A stretch of 64,000 bases of DNA from Candidatus Latescibacterota bacterium (GCA_965223905.1 CBDCXV010000001.1:1536001-1600000); one strand, 5' to 3'; shown: positions 1-10,855, numbered from the stretch's first letter. Translations and numbers: made by a program. Notes: generated by a model from the letters alone, not told the origin.

Positions 1-1
1 T

Positions 2-2230
2 GCGATAGCGGCCGACGAAGGTGAGATGCCCGGGTGGTTCGGCGCACCCGTGGAGCGCGACCGGCAGACGACCTTGATCGCCCGTTTCGACGATTCAGAG
101 AGCAGCGATGCCGACTACGCGCGGGCGGACGGGCGCTCCAACGGTCTGTGGTTCGACGCCTCCGTGGCGGGCAAACACGGTGGTGGAGTCGAGGTCGATG
201 CGGGCCAGTCGCAGCTGCATTTCTCCGCCAAGGGCAACATGTGCCCGGACCGTGGCACCTTGCAGTTCTGGGTGCGCGCCAGGCAGGGTGGGAATATCTG
301 GAACGACGGCAAGGAGCATTGGTTCGTCTCGGCTCGCGCCATCGACAACGATCTGCAGCTGTACAAGCATTCCGACAACACACTCCGTCTGGTCTGGGGC
401 CGGCGGCCGTACCGGGGCACGGACAACGTGATCGGTTCGGTGGAGATTCCGGTCGACGACCTGAAGGCTGAGGAGTGGCATCACCTGGCGGTCTCGTGGG
501 ACTCCGATGGCGCCCGGATGTGGCTTGCCGTAAACGGTAAATGGCGCAGCACCCGCCTGGAGAGCGCCATGGACGTCGACGAGTTCTACATCCTTTTCCT
601 GGGCGCCTCTCACGATGGCGGCTGGGACAAAAAGGATGCGAGCATCGCTTTTTCCACGGCAGGAGCAACGCTGGACGAGCTCAAAATCAGCGACATCACC
701 ATGCCGGAGATGATGCGGCTGCGCAACGCCGAGACCTACCTGCCCGAAGACCTGGCCTTGAGGCTCGAAGACGCCGTGTCCAGGCATCTGGATTTCATGG
801 CCCGGTATCAGCACAACGGAGCCTGGAGCGCGCCGGCCTATTCATGGCCGACGATGATACCGTGCGAGACCAGCTACCGCCCGTTTGCCCACGCGGGCCG
901 CTGGGTGAATTTGGTCCACGGCGCCAACGGCACCCCCGGTCTGGGTCAGCTGTACCTGCTGGCCTACAGAGTCCTCCGCGACCGGCGCTACCTCGAGGTC
1001 GCGGAAAAGGCCGGCGAATGGGTGGTCGCTGCCCAGGAGCCGGAAGGCTACTGGTTCTTCCGCTACGATCGCCACGGGGCCAGCAGCCCCACGGTGAAGG
1101 GGGACGCCAGGCGCTCGGCCTTTCACGACGGTCTGCAGCACATTCCCGCGTTGCTTCTCGCCGCGATCTTCGAGGAAACGGGAGAGGAAAAATGGCTGCA
1201 GGCATTCAAGCGCTCGTCCGAGTTTCTGGTGGGGGCGCAGAACCCGAACGGGAGCTGGTCCCACAACTGGGACGTGGCCGGCAAACGCGGCGTCAACCGC
1301 TTCGACGAGTGGCAGGCGGGCGACTTCAGCAACGGCATCATGCACTCGCAGATGACGGTCATGCTGGTGGCCTACGAAATCACCAGAGAGAAGAAATACC
1401 TCGATTCACTGGTACGAGCGGCCGACTGGATCGTCGAAGCCCAGCTGGGGCCTCCCACTTACGGCTGGGCGGCGCATTACGACGAGAACAACGAACCGAC
1501 ATGGGGGCGCGTCTTCGAACCGCCGTCGATGTCGGGTGTGGGCGCCCAGGATCTGCTGCTCTCCATGTACGACATGTCCGGTGACAGGAGGTATCTCGAG
1601 CCTGTCGCAAAATTTGCCAAGTGGGAGCGGGAGCACTCGACGGTCGCGCTGAGATTCGCCGACGGGACAGGGAAGCAGGGGCGTTCCCAGTATTACGACC
1701 ACCGGACAGGCCGGCCGATTCGGTCGAACAACAGGACCATCGTTCATCTGGACGACCCCGAAGAGCGCGCCGCGATGTTGCTCGATCTCATGGCCAATCC
1801 CCAAGGGCTCTCCGACCGGGAATTTCGCTGGGTGGGCAGGCCCGATCCTGACGTTACGTCGAAAAAGATGGCCGCCAGGCAGGGCGGGGCCAGGCCGGAA
1901 CCTCAGGCCCGGACCCGGTCCGAGATGATCGCGTCGATACGGGAGTTGGAGAAGGAGGCCGAAGAGATGCTGGCCGATCAGAACGAGTACGGGGTCTGGC
2001 CACGCGTGGATGATCGCATCGCCACGATCGGAGAGAAGGTGATGCTGTTCGAGCACAACATCAGCGCGATGTTCACGCTCCTGCAGCAATCGCAGATCGT
2101 TTCGGGGGAGTTGGAAGGACAGGTCTGGGATTACCCTTCGATCCTGCCATACTACCACGGACTTCCTCTGTTGCAGTACCGCAACTGGCGTGAGGCGGCG
2201 ACAAGGGCGTTGATGTCGCCCGCGCAATAA
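2..2230 (+). CDS. LamG/ConA-like domain plus alpha/alpha-barrel pectate-lyase (PL10-like) protein; probably 5'-truncated by the window
   Basis: Frame is open upstream of ATG 26 to the window edge. N-terminal GTLQFW...WHHLAVSWD...LDELKIS is LamG-like. Repeated AQxxxGxW helices, WAAHYD and GRVFEPPS resemble PL10/Pec_lyase barrels. Confidence 0.6.
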   Translation, partial: AIAADEGEMPGWFGAPVERDRQTTLIARFDDSESSDADYARADGRSNGLWFDASVAGKHGGGVEVDAGQSQLHFSAKGNMCPDRGTLQFWVRARQGGNIWNDGKEHWFVSARAIDNDLQLYKHSDNTLRLVWGRRPYRGTDNVIGSVEIPVDDLKAEEWHHLAVSWDSDGARMWLAVNGKWRSTRLESAMDVDEFYILFLGASHDGGWDKKDASIAFSTAGATLDELKISDITMPEMMRLRNAETYLPEDLALRLEDAVSRHLDFMARYQHNGAWSAPAYSWPTMIPCETSYRPFAHAGRWVNLVHGANGTPGLGQLYLLAYRVLRDRRYLEVAEKAGEWVVAAQEPEGYWFFRYDRHGASSPTVKGDARRSAFHDGLQHIPALLLAAIFEETGEEKWLQAFKRSSEFLVGAQNPNGSWSHNWDVAGKRGVNRFDEWQAGDFSNGIMHSQMTVMLVAYEITREKKYLDSLVRAADWIVEAQLGPPTYGWAAHYDENNEPTWGRVFEPPSMSGVGAQDLLLSMYDMSGDRRYLEPVAKFAKWEREHSTVALRFADGTGKQGRSQYYDHRTGRPIRSNNRTIVHLDDPEERAAMLLDLMANPQGLSDREFRWVGRPDPDVTSKKMAARQGGARPEPQARTRSEMIASIRELEKEAEEMLADQNEYGVWPRVDDRIATIGEKVMLFEHNISAMFTLLQQSQIVSGELEGQVWDYPSILPYYHGLPLLQYRNWREAATRALMSPAQ

Positions 2231-2307
2231 GGACTCTCATCCCTCTCTGTCACTTTTTCTGTACCGACGTGCCTTACGGTGGCGATTAAGTCGAGGGCGG
2301 GGGGCCT

Positions 2308-4203
2308 TCAGAAGCCGACCTTCATCAGAAGTGGGGCATTGAGCGCCCACGAGCGCCCCAGTTCCTGGAACCGCTCATCGCGTTTCTTCCCGAGCTCGAG
2401 GTGCCTCTGTTGCGCCGCCGGATCTCCCCGCTGCGACTCTTCCCTGGCGAGTATGTAATCGCGACTGAGGGGAACGTAGTCGAGGCCCGTACGCAGAAAC
2501 TGTATGCGTTCCGCGATCGCGTCATCCCCGGCCGCCCGGTCTTCGGCCTCCTCTAGGAGAGCTAGCAGTTCGTCGATCAGGTCATCGGTGTAGAACTCGG
2601 CAAGTACACCCGAATCCACCTCCCACACCTCGAAGGCCCGCCGGGCAGCGATCTGCGTCGTTACCTGCTCGAGCCGGTCGAAATAGCGGCGGATCTCGGC
2701 GCCCGCGGGTCCGAACCCGGCCTTGCAGTACTCGTCGATGATCTCGTCGACGTCCCTGTAGGGGTCCCACAACAGTCTCGCCAGGACGTAGTAGTTGAGA
2801 CCGTTCGTGGACCAGAAGTGTTCGAGACAGTCGTAGTCCGTGAACAGCAGCCCATGATCGGCAAAGAAGCGCAGGTCCGCGGCCAGGCGATGGGCGTAGA
2901 CGGTCGGGAAATTGTAGAGCGCCCGCAGGGAGTTCGGCCTGAGGAAGAGCTGCTCTGCCGACTGCGACCACCCGTACCAGGTGCCGCGCATCTCCTCGCG
3001 CAGATCGTCGTTCTGGTAGACCTTGGGCAGCGGCGCGATACCGATGATGACATTCGGATGCAATTTGGCGCGCACGGGCGCCGGGTAGTAGGACTCGTAG
3101 GCGTAGGCCCCCAGGTGGCGGTCCGGAAATTCGCGCGCCACAATCCTGGCGACGGCTGAATAGAACCGCACGTACCGGTCCGTGAGCGCGGGGATCTCTT
3201 TGGGCCTGCCGCCTTCCCAGATCGATATGGTCTCGGCGTCGGGCTCGTCCCAGGCCCTGCACCGGTCGCACAGGCAATGAGTAGTGCCGCTGGCGTCGTT
3301 GGGCGAGATCGATTCGCAATCCATAGTCGGATGTTGCCTCAGCGTTTCGATCGCCTGCCGGGCCACGTGCGCAATCAGCTCCGGGTTCGAGACACACAGG
3401 CGGGCGTTGGTTCCGCCGCCGCGCTCGGGGCTGTTGTCGCGCGAGCCGTCCGGCTGCAGGGCGAACCAATCGGGATGGTCTTTGTGATACCTCTCCCAGT
3501 AGCGGCTGAAGGCGTGCCCGTAGTTGCCGCGGTAACTGCCTCCGAGGCGATGAAACCGGAACCAGGGCGCCGCCTCGGCCCGGTAGTCGAAGTCCTCCCG
3601 TCGCCATCCCAGCTCCTCGATGTACTGCCCCAGCCACTCGTTGATCTGGAGGTTGCGTATTCTGCGCTGGAGCAGCGGCGGTTTGTGGCGAATGGCCACG
3701 TCACCGACGGCCACCGTGGTCCTCGTCGGGACGGCTGCTCCGAGCTCTCCCGGCCACAGGAACTTTACACCCAGGATCTCATCGACGAAGGTGTTCACCG
3801 CTGCCAGCGTTCCCCGGAGCTGCAACCCGTCCGGCCGTTCATCGTCGCCGAGGATGACGAGGGCTCGGGGGAACGCCTGGATTACGAATTCCTCGATCGC
3901 CAATGCACCGGAATCCACTCCGAGAGCCCTCGTCCGCTCCGAATCACCCACGAGGATGAGCACCTCCTCCGTTGCCTCCGGCACCTCGCTTTCGCTGATG
4001 ATTTCGATGGTCGCGCCGCTCGATTTCCGCAGCCACATCCGCAGGTCGGCGGCGCCCTCTCGCGCCGCTTCCGTAGGACGGTCGGCAATGACGATGGTCG
4101 ACGTCGGCTCACCGTTGCTAATCAGAACGACCGCCCCGGCCTTCGGGATGGCCAGCGCGCTCAATTGGAGTATGACGGCGACGGCGATGAAGGTTTTTCT
4201 CAT
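2308..4203 (-). CDS. DUF4838 family secreted protein (glycoside-hydrolase-like)
   Basis: Signal peptide from MRKTFIAVAV (ATG 4203); motifs HAF..HPDWFAL, LCVSNP, SISPND, CLCDRC, YYVLARLLWDP. Confidence 0.75.
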   Translation of the reverse strand: MRKTFIAVAVILQLSALAIPKAGAVVLISNGEPTSTIVIADRPTEAAREGAADLRMWLRKSSGATIEIISESEVPEATEEVLILVGDSERTRALGVDSGALAIEEFVIQAFPRALVILGDDERPDGLQLRGTLAAVNTFVDEILGVKFLWPGELGAAVPTRTTVAVGDVAIRHKPPLLQRRIRNLQINEWLGQYIEELGWRREDFDYRAEAAPWFRFHRLGGSYRGNYGHAFSRYWERYHKDHPDWFALQPDGSRDNSPERGGGTNARLCVSNPELIAHVARQAIETLRQHPTMDCESISPNDASGTTHCLCDRCRAWDEPDAETISIWEGGRPKEIPALTDRYVRFYSAVARIVAREFPDRHLGAYAYESYYPAPVRAKLHPNVIIGIAPLPKVYQNDDLREEMRGTWYGWSQSAEQLFLRPNSLRALYNFPTVYAHRLAADLRFFADHGLLFTDYDCLEHFWSTNGLNYYVLARLLWDPYRDVDEIIDEYCKAGFGPAGAEIRRYFDRLEQVTTQIAARRAFEVWEVDSGVLAEFYTDDLIDELLALLEEAEDRAAGDDAIAERIQFLRTGLDYVPLSRDYILAREESQRGDPAAQQRHLELGKKRDERFQELGRSWALNAPLLMKVGF

Positions 4204-4312
4204 CCAGATTCTCCTGCGATGCTTGGCGGGCGTTGCCTGCGCAAGCCGTATTCCTGCCATACGACCTCTCAGTGCGAATCGCTCACCTTGATGAATGCCT
4301 GCCCGGGGATGC

Positions 4313-5737
4313 ATGATGAAACGGAAAAGATCGATCGTCCGCTCCTGTTTCGTTCTGACCATGGTACTCTCGTTCCCCGTGTGTGGTCAGGCAAGCGACC
4401 TCGTGAAGAAAGTCATCTCCTTCAGCGGCACCCCCAACGCACGTGTGTTTCACGAGAACGTGGAAGAGATGGAAAGGCTCATGCCCGTCGTCGACGGCGT
4501 CACCATCTACCCGGTGACCGACAAGGGCGGCGTGACTACCGAAGCACTCGGCCGCCTGTTCCGCGCCGACTTTCATCGCCTCGAAGATTTCGACACCGGT
4601 ATAGATCTCATGAGGACCGCCAGTACCCGTCTTTACAGGGACAACTTCCTGCTCGTCTACCTGACTTCCGGCGTCCACAGCCTGGAAATCCCGGACTGGC
4701 TCGACCCCGAATTCGAGGCCGTCGTCAATAACTGGATGGTGGCCGCCGAGTACTGCAAGCTCGCCGGCATGCGGGGACTTCTCTTCGACAACGAAGCGTA
4801 CTACGGTACGAATCTGTGGACCTACCAGAACCTGAAGCACAAAAACAGTACGACGGCCGACGAGTACCGCGACCTGGTGTTCGAACGCGGCGCCCAGATC
4901 ATGCGCGCCATCAACACCGTCTACCCGGACATCGCGATTCTCTGCCTCTACGGACCGACACAGGCGTCGCTGAGCGGGGGCCGGCGCGCCTACAATCGTT
5001 TCGAGATGATGCGCGCTTTCTTCGACGGCCTCCTGTCGGAATGCACCGGCGCCGCCGCCATTATCGATGGCTCCGAGCGGACGTACGGATACAGGGATGC
5101 GAGCCAGTTCGAAAGAGCGGCCGGTACGTTCAGGGATGCGCGCAGACACAGCCGGGTGCCGGAAAAGTTCGACCGTCATGCCCAGGTCGCCTTCCCGGTT
5201 TTTCTCGGCTCGGCGGGTTTTTCCTCTGAAGATTTCGGGCGCAACAACTACTCGCCCGAAGAGCTGACAGCCGCGCTGCGCGGCGCCCTCGAACACACCG
5301 ACCAATACGTCTGGATCTACACGGAGAATGTCAGCCTCTGGGATCGCCCTGGCTTGGCGTTTCTTCCAGACGAATACCGCGATGCCATGCTTGCGGCGCA
5401 CGACCCGGCACGCAATGCGCCCACCTCCGTGGCACAGTCCTCGCCGAGCGTGCTACCTGGGAAGAATGTGTTGGAGCAGAACTTCCCCAACCCGTTCAAC
5501 GGCACAACCATCTTCCGCTTCTCTCTGCCCAGGCCCGGAAAGGTCGAGTTGGCCGTCTACGACCTGGCCGGCAGGAAGGTGGCCACGCTGGCGGACATGG
5601 CGCTTCCTGGCGGCTCCCATTCCGTCCGCTGGAACGGGCTTGATGCCAGTGGACGCGAACTCGCCACCGGTCCTTACCTGTATCGACTGCGGGTGGGAGA
5701 ATGGCAGGAAACCCGGAAGCTGCTGCTGGTGCGCTGA
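4313..5737 (+). CDS. Secreted protein, TIM-barrel-like domain plus C-terminal FlgD-Ig/T9SS-like sorting domain
   Basis: Signal peptide; GLLFDNEAY motif; C-terminus LEQNFPNPFN...VYDLAGRKV...WNGLDASG...GPYLYRL...RKLLLVR. Confidence 0.7.
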   Translation: MMKRKRSIVRSCFVLTMVLSFPVCGQASDLVKKVISFSGTPNARVFHENVEEMERLMPVVDGVTIYPVTDKGGVTTEALGRLFRADFHRLEDFDTGIDLMRTASTRLYRDNFLLVYLTSGVHSLEIPDWLDPEFEAVVNNWMVAAEYCKLAGMRGLLFDNEAYYGTNLWTYQNLKHKNSTTADEYRDLVFERGAQIMRAINTVYPDIAILCLYGPTQASLSGGRRAYNRFEMMRAFFDGLLSECTGAAAIIDGSERTYGYRDASQFERAAGTFRDARRHSRVPEKFDRHAQVAFPVFLGSAGFSSEDFGRNNYSPEELTAALRGALEHTDQYVWIYTENVSLWDRPGLAFLPDEYRDAMLAAHDPARNAPTSVAQSSPSVLPGKNVLEQNFPNPFNGTTIFRFSLPRPGKVELAVYDLAGRKVATLADMALPGGSHSVRWNGLDASGRELATGPYLYRLRVGEWQETRKLLLVR

Positions 5738-5847
5738 GTGCAGCCGCCGGGCGTCATGTTCAGGGAGGTGACACGACCGTCCCTTGCGAACAGTCTCTCC
5801 AAAGGCGGCCGCCCTGCTCATCGCCGACTGGCCCGAGCAACCGCGGC

Positions 5848-7035
5848 TCAGCGTGAAAGATCTCCGCAAAAAACCTGGCGAGCGGGTTTGCAAGGAATCC
5901 AGGGATGGTAGATGGCGAAGAAGAGGCCTCCATCTCCCGACCGGCAGAAAATCTCCATCGCACGCCGCATGATGCGCTCTTCGCTGATGAATGGCACGTC
6001 GAGCTCCCGTACGCTCCAGTGGGCGAGGTTCAACTCCCTGTAGCCCACCATCTTCATCGAATCCACCATGTGCGGTCCCAATGCCGGATCCAGCCTCTCC
6101 GTCGATGTCGCAGGCAGGAAGAGGACGACTTGTTGCTGTCGCCCGCTGTACAGATGGAAGGACAGGTAACGATCCCAGAGGCCGGTGTAGTAGGCCGCGG
6201 GCATGGCCAGGACGAGAACGGCGACGAGGGCCGCCAACCCCTGTAACCGCCCTCCCTGGAGGAAGGCTTCGCGCCAGCGGACGGGAGGGCCCCGGAAGAA
6301 GAGGGACAGCGCGATGAGGAGCATGCAGATGTTCCAAGGCCAGACGACGACGTTGGCGTGTTCCCTGGGTGCAATCAGCAGGAGGATGATCAGATGCATC
6401 GAGCAGGCCAGGATGGCGGCCCGGTTGCGGGTTCGATTGAAGCAGAGTCCCAGTGCGATTCCCAGCTCTATCCAGGGGATCAACCGCCCGCAAAGGAGAA
6501 CGGCCTCGCGAAGGCCCCCCTCGAGGGTTCCGATAACCGGCGCCAGGAGATACCCCTCGTAGAGATTGGCAAAACCGGAGCCCATGAAGTCCAACTTGTG
6601 GACCCCTCCCCAGAACAGTACCCCGACCACGACCATCCTCTGGATGTGAAGGAGCACCGGGTGCCCGGCAGCGGCCGACAGGGAAACCGCCAGGGGCAGC
6701 GTCATGAGGAGATAGAAGTAGAACCAGGGTTGCCACCGCATCTGATCGAGGAACAGCAGGACCGCACCGAGGGCCAGGAACAGGATCGGGAAAGCCCGGC
6801 GCAGGGGTTTTGCCGCGATGCCCGCCGCCGCGGCGAGCAGGGCAAGAACGAGGACGATGTCGGTGGGATAGGGCGGCTGCGGGACGCCGTCGACGACGGG
6901 GAAATGGGGGAAATGCCTCGACGTCACCCAGAGCTTCCAGGAGATCAGGACCCCCAGGATGGCGCCGCAAGCGACAACTCGCTGGGTGAACAGGACCCGT
7001 GATAGGTGGCCTGCTTTTGCCTCCTCGTGGATCAT
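5848..7035 (-). CDS. Polytopic membrane protein (HTTM/DoxX-like)
   Basis: About 8 hydrophobic segments; DQMRWQPWFY motif; start taken at MIHEE (7035). Confidence 0.55.
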   Translation of the reverse strand: MIHEEAKAGHLSRVLFTQRVVACGAILGVLISWKLWVTSRHFPHFPVVDGVPQPPYPTDIVLVLALLAAAAGIAAKPLRRAFPILFLALGAVLLFLDQMRWQPWFYFYLLMTLPLAVSLSAAAGHPVLLHIQRMVVVGVLFWGGVHKLDFMGSGFANLYEGYLLAPVIGTLEGGLREAVLLCGRLIPWIELGIALGLCFNRTRNRAAILACSMHLIILLLIAPREHANVVVWPWNICMLLIALSLFFRGPPVRWREAFLQGGRLQGLAALVAVLVLAMPAAYYTGLWDRYLSFHLYSGRQQQVVLFLPATSTERLDPALGPHMVDSMKMVGYRELNLAHWSVRELDVPFISEERIMRRAMEIFCRSGDGGLFFAIYHPWIPCKPARQVFCGDLSR

Positions 7036-7202
7036 CGATACACCGGGAACCTGTCCGAGTATCCCGTCCTGGCTGCCTGCACGGCGGCAGCCAGGCGGCC
7101 GTCTGTCAAAGCGAACACCCGGGCAGGCTCGCTTCAACGATCCCGGCGAAGCCCGGGGTTGGCCACTCCCGAAAGGTCCAGTCGTTCCCGGCATGTTCTG
7201 GA

Positions 7203-7371
7203 ATCCGTATCGCCGGCACGGTACCTTTCTGCAAAGAAACAAATTTAACCGCTACGATAGCGAAGCAGCCTGCCAAAATTAAGAAAGCCAAGGGTTGCGC
7301 CGGTGAAAGCCGCCCGGGGAGCAGCCCGGCGGCGTCCCGGACATCCTCCGCAGGATGCCGGCGATACGGAT
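7203..7371. repeat. 16-bp perfect inverted repeat enclosing an AT-rich intergenic core
   Basis: ATCCGTATCGCCGGCA (7203-7218) and TGCCGGCGATACGGAT (7356-7371) lie between divergent genes. Confidence 0.8.
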
Positions 7372-7470
7372 GCGGCTGACTGTCCACCTCGTTGGCGGCC
7401 CCTGCTGTTCCCGCGGCGTCCGCAGCGCGGCTACCGGGTTCGTGCCCCGGCCCGAGAAAGGGAGCAAGTC

Positions 7471-9537
7471 ATGAGATCGTTGCCGTTGATGCTGTTCACC
7501 TGCCTCTCCGTATCCGCCCAGGAAGTGCTGCTGGTGGATAAATCGCTGCAGGACCCCATCGCCTTCAAGCCTTTCTTCGAGGATTTTCCGAAAAACGGGC
7601 TCGAGCTCCGCTATCGCCGTTTCCACCCGTCCCTCGTCCTCGATGACGGCGAACGGTTCGATGTGATCATGGTGGCGGGAGGCACCCACCCCGACCCCGC
7701 TGCGACGCACTTGATTCCCGAAGAAGCGGCCCTGCTGACGCGGTTCGTCCGGGGCGGCGGCACCGCCGTCTTCCTGTTCGCCGACCGTTCGACCGACAAC
7801 TACATCTTCAACACCATCCTCGACTCGCTGGGAATCGCCGTGCGCATCGAGGGCAAGCGCATCGAGGACCCGCTGGGCCCGAAGGCGACCATCATTCCAG
7901 CCACCCACTATCTGCATCTGCCCCGGGTCTTCGTCTCCCCCGGTACGCCGCTGGGCGAGGGCATCGAAAACCCGATCGCCGGCGGCAGGTTGCTATCTCT
8001 CCTGATCGGACGGGCCGAGGGCCTGGAGATCCCGGCCTGGAGCGCCACTACCTCGATGCGGCGCGTCGAGGTTGCAGACACCCCCCAAAGGGCCCGCGAG
8101 GCGACCTACGCGGCACAGGCGCGCTCGTACGCGGCGGTGGTGACGGCCGGTGCCGGCAAGGGAAAGGTGATCCTGCTTCCCAGGTACCTGATCAACCTGA
8201 ACGGCTACACCGGCCTGGGGTCGGACAAGCCGGTCGTCCCCCCTTATTTCCTCGAGGACAACAGGCGCTTCGAGCACAATCTGGCACGCTACATCGGCGC
8301 CATCGCCCGCGGCGAATACACGCCGCGGGACGGGATCCCGCTCAGCCGCATCGACAACCTCGACGATTCCAGCGGACTCCCCGAGCCGGAGTTCAGGTTC
8401 CGGAAGGCCGCTCTCGATCCGTCCGCCCGCGAACAGGACTACGACCGGCTGTTGCCCTTTGCAGACGTGCCGCCCCGGCTGCCGGCCTTTCTCGGAGGCC
8501 AGAAGGTCAGGAGCGCCCACGTTTCCCCGCCGGCGAAAGAGCAGGCGCAGGCAGCCTGCCAGACCTTCGAGGATATGGGGCTGAATCTCCTTTACGTCTG
8601 GGGTCTGCGCATGGACCGGGATGAGTCGGGGGAGTTCGAGAAGATCAACGAGCGCAGCGCGGCCTTCCTCGACCATTGTGGCCAGGCAGGATTGAAGGTC
8701 ATGATCTGGGGGTATCACACGGCTACCTGGCTGTGGCAGAACAATGAGCTGCCAACTACCCTCGTTGACGGTACGGGCCGGGTCTACCGGCCGCCCTCCC
8801 CTGTCGATCCGGACACCTGGCACCGCAGCATGACCGAAAAAGCGCGTGAGTATGCCCTCATTGCACGCGAGTATCCGGAAACCGTGGTCGGCACCATGTG
8901 GGACCTGGAGATCTACAACCACCCCGGCCTGAGGATCACCGAAGCCCACGGCTTCGACAATCTCTCCTTCGCCACCTTCGTCGAGACCGAAGGGAAGCGC
9001 CTGCGCGAGGCCGGCCTGTTCGCGGAGGCCTACCGCGTCGACCAGGCGCGGCGCTTTCGCTGGCTCGAGTCGAACGGCCTGCTCAAGAGCTACTACCAAG
9101 CCCTCGAGGAGGGTGTCTACCGCCTTGCCACGCAGACCCGGGAAGAGATCGACGAGGTCTACCCCGGACTGTTGTGGGGACTCTATGCCCCCAACATACC
9201 CCAGAGCTGGTACTACCGGGGCGTGTTCCGCGGTCTGGTCGGCGAGGACAACTCCATCCTCCACATCACCTGGGCGTCCAGAGGCGCCCAGCAGGTCTCT
9301 TACTGGAAGAGCACAATCGGTATCGATCTCATCCACATGCCCGCCATGCTCATGGTGGTGCCGGAGGGCGCCGAATGGGAATCCTACCTGCGCATGTGTC
9401 TGGAAAACGAAGCCGGATACTGGCTCTACGACGCCACTTCACTGATACGGCCCGATCCCGCCAACTGGCGCAGCCGAATGGAGCTGCGAGAGCCTCCCGA
9501 CACCGTCATCGAACACATCAGACGGGCCAACGAATAA
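7471..9537 (+). CDS. Secreted hypothetical protein (GATase-like N-terminus, GH-like TIM-barrel C-terminus)
   Basis: Signal peptide MRSLPLMLFTCLSVSAQ after a GGGAG RBS; LTRFVRGGG and WDLEIY motifs. Confidence 0.55.
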   Translation: MRSLPLMLFTCLSVSAQEVLLVDKSLQDPIAFKPFFEDFPKNGLELRYRRFHPSLVLDDGERFDVIMVAGGTHPDPAATHLIPEEAALLTRFVRGGGTAVFLFADRSTDNYIFNTILDSLGIAVRIEGKRIEDPLGPKATIIPATHYLHLPRVFVSPGTPLGEGIENPIAGGRLLSLLIGRAEGLEIPAWSATTSMRRVEVADTPQRAREATYAAQARSYAAVVTAGAGKGKVILLPRYLINLNGYTGLGSDKPVVPPYFLEDNRRFEHNLARYIGAIARGEYTPRDGIPLSRIDNLDDSSGLPEPEFRFRKAALDPSAREQDYDRLLPFADVPPRLPAFLGGQKVRSAHVSPPAKEQAQAACQTFEDMGLNLLYVWGLRMDRDESGEFEKINERSAAFLDHCGQAGLKVMIWGYHTATWLWQNNELPTTLVDGTGRVYRPPSPVDPDTWHRSMTEKAREYALIAREYPETVVGTMWDLEIYNHPGLRITEAHGFDNLSFATFVETEGKRLREAGLFAEAYRVDQARRFRWLESNGLLKSYYQALEEGVYRLATQTREEIDEVYPGLLWGLYAPNIPQSWYYRGVFRGLVGEDNSILHITWASRGAQQVSYWKSTIGIDLIHMPAMLMVVPEGAEWESYLRMCLENEAGYWLYDATSLIRPDPANWRSRMELREPPDTVIEHIRRANE

Positions 9538-9931
9538 TCCTCGGCGACCGACCGGGAAGCAGACAGCGGACCGGGATCTCCTCCATCACCGCGGTCCCGT
9601 ATCGACGATGACCGGCAGGTGGCGCCATTCCCTGGCGGTTTCGGGTGGCTCCGGGGTTGGTCCGGCGATAGGGGCGGGTCATACGCCCAGATTCACCGGC
9701 ACGCCAGACTGCCTGCGCTGCCAATCGCTGGCACATGCGCCGCATCTGAGGGTGGCGGTCTTCCAACGCATGTCGGCTTCCTCGAGCGCGAGCGAGGCAA
9801 TATCTGCTTCGCGTCCCGCGCCCAGGCTTTCCGATGCGGTCCCCAATAGCTCCGCAGCTGACCGCCATATTTTTGACGGGGGCCGGGTCCGGGGTCATCC
9901 TCAGCCCTCAACCCAACAACGGAGTGGAACC

Positions 9932-10855
9932 ATGAATGTCGCCGATACCCGCGCTGTGCTGACAGGCAACGCGGTCGCCGTACCCACCACCATCTGGAAG
10001 CGGCCGGGGGTGCTCGATCCGGAAGCGAACGCCGCGAACGCCGAGTTCCTGTTCGCCAACGGCATCACCTCCGCCGTGTACGCCGGCGGCGTCGGCGAGC
10101 ACGACCGGCTGTCGCCGGAGCAGCAGGTCGAGCTGCTCGCCGCGGTCGCCGCCGCGGTCCGCGGCAAAGCGGACAATCCCTGCCTGGGGACCGGGCTCGG
10201 CCGCACCCTGGAGCGGGTGAAACAGCTGGCGCCAGCCCTTGCCGATCTCGACATCGCCTTCGCCATGATGATGCCCCCGGCCACCGGCGATCCGGAGGAG
10301 CAGTTCGCCTATTTCAGCGAGGTCATGGGGATTCTGACCGAGCACGGGATCGGGCCGATGCTCTACCCGCGGCCTGAGCACCCGATGGAGGTCTCCACTC
10401 TGGAGCGGCTGATGGACGTCTGCGAGGTGCCGGGGGTGAAGCTGGCGAACAACGGCATGCTGCTTGAGTACGCCGAAATGGTCGCCCGCCTCGGGCACGA
10501 GCGCACCGCCTGGCTGTGCGGTACAGCCGGGTGGTGGATGCCGGCGTACGCCGCGGTCGGGGCGGCGCGCGGCATGTCGACGGGGATCGGCAACGCCTTC
10601 CCGGACAAGCCCCTCGACCTGCTGAGGCGCCTTGCCGACGGCAGCTTCGAGCGGGACGACACCTACTGGACGATGGTCCGCATCGAGCAGATCCGCCAGC
10701 GCGACAAGTCGTACATCGCCCTGGTCATCAAGCAGCTGCAGGAGCTGGCCGGCCTTGCCGGCGGCATGAACGGGGACGGCTCCGAGCTGCCGGCCGCGGT
10801 CAAGAGCGAGGTCGAGACCCTGGTGCGGGAGGCCTGCTGGCTGAGCGGCCGCTGA
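9932..10855 (+). CDS. Dihydrodipicolinate synthase family (DapA-like) aldolase/dehydratase
   Basis: VAVPTT, YAGGVGE, MLYPR and GVKLA (Schiff-base Lys) motifs; GGAG RBS before ATG 9932. Confidence 0.8.
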   Translation: MNVADTRAVLTGNAVAVPTTIWKRPGVLDPEANAANAEFLFANGITSAVYAGGVGEHDRLSPEQQVELLAAVAAAVRGKADNPCLGTGLGRTLERVKQLAPALADLDIAFAMMMPPATGDPEEQFAYFSEVMGILTEHGIGPMLYPRPEHPMEVSTLERLMDVCEVPGVKLANNGMLLEYAEMVARLGHERTAWLCGTAGWWMPAYAAVGAARGMSTGIGNAFPDKPLDLLRRLADGSFERDDTYWTMVRIEQIRQRDKSYIALVIKQLQELAGLAGGMNGDGSELPAAVKSEVETLVREACWLSGR

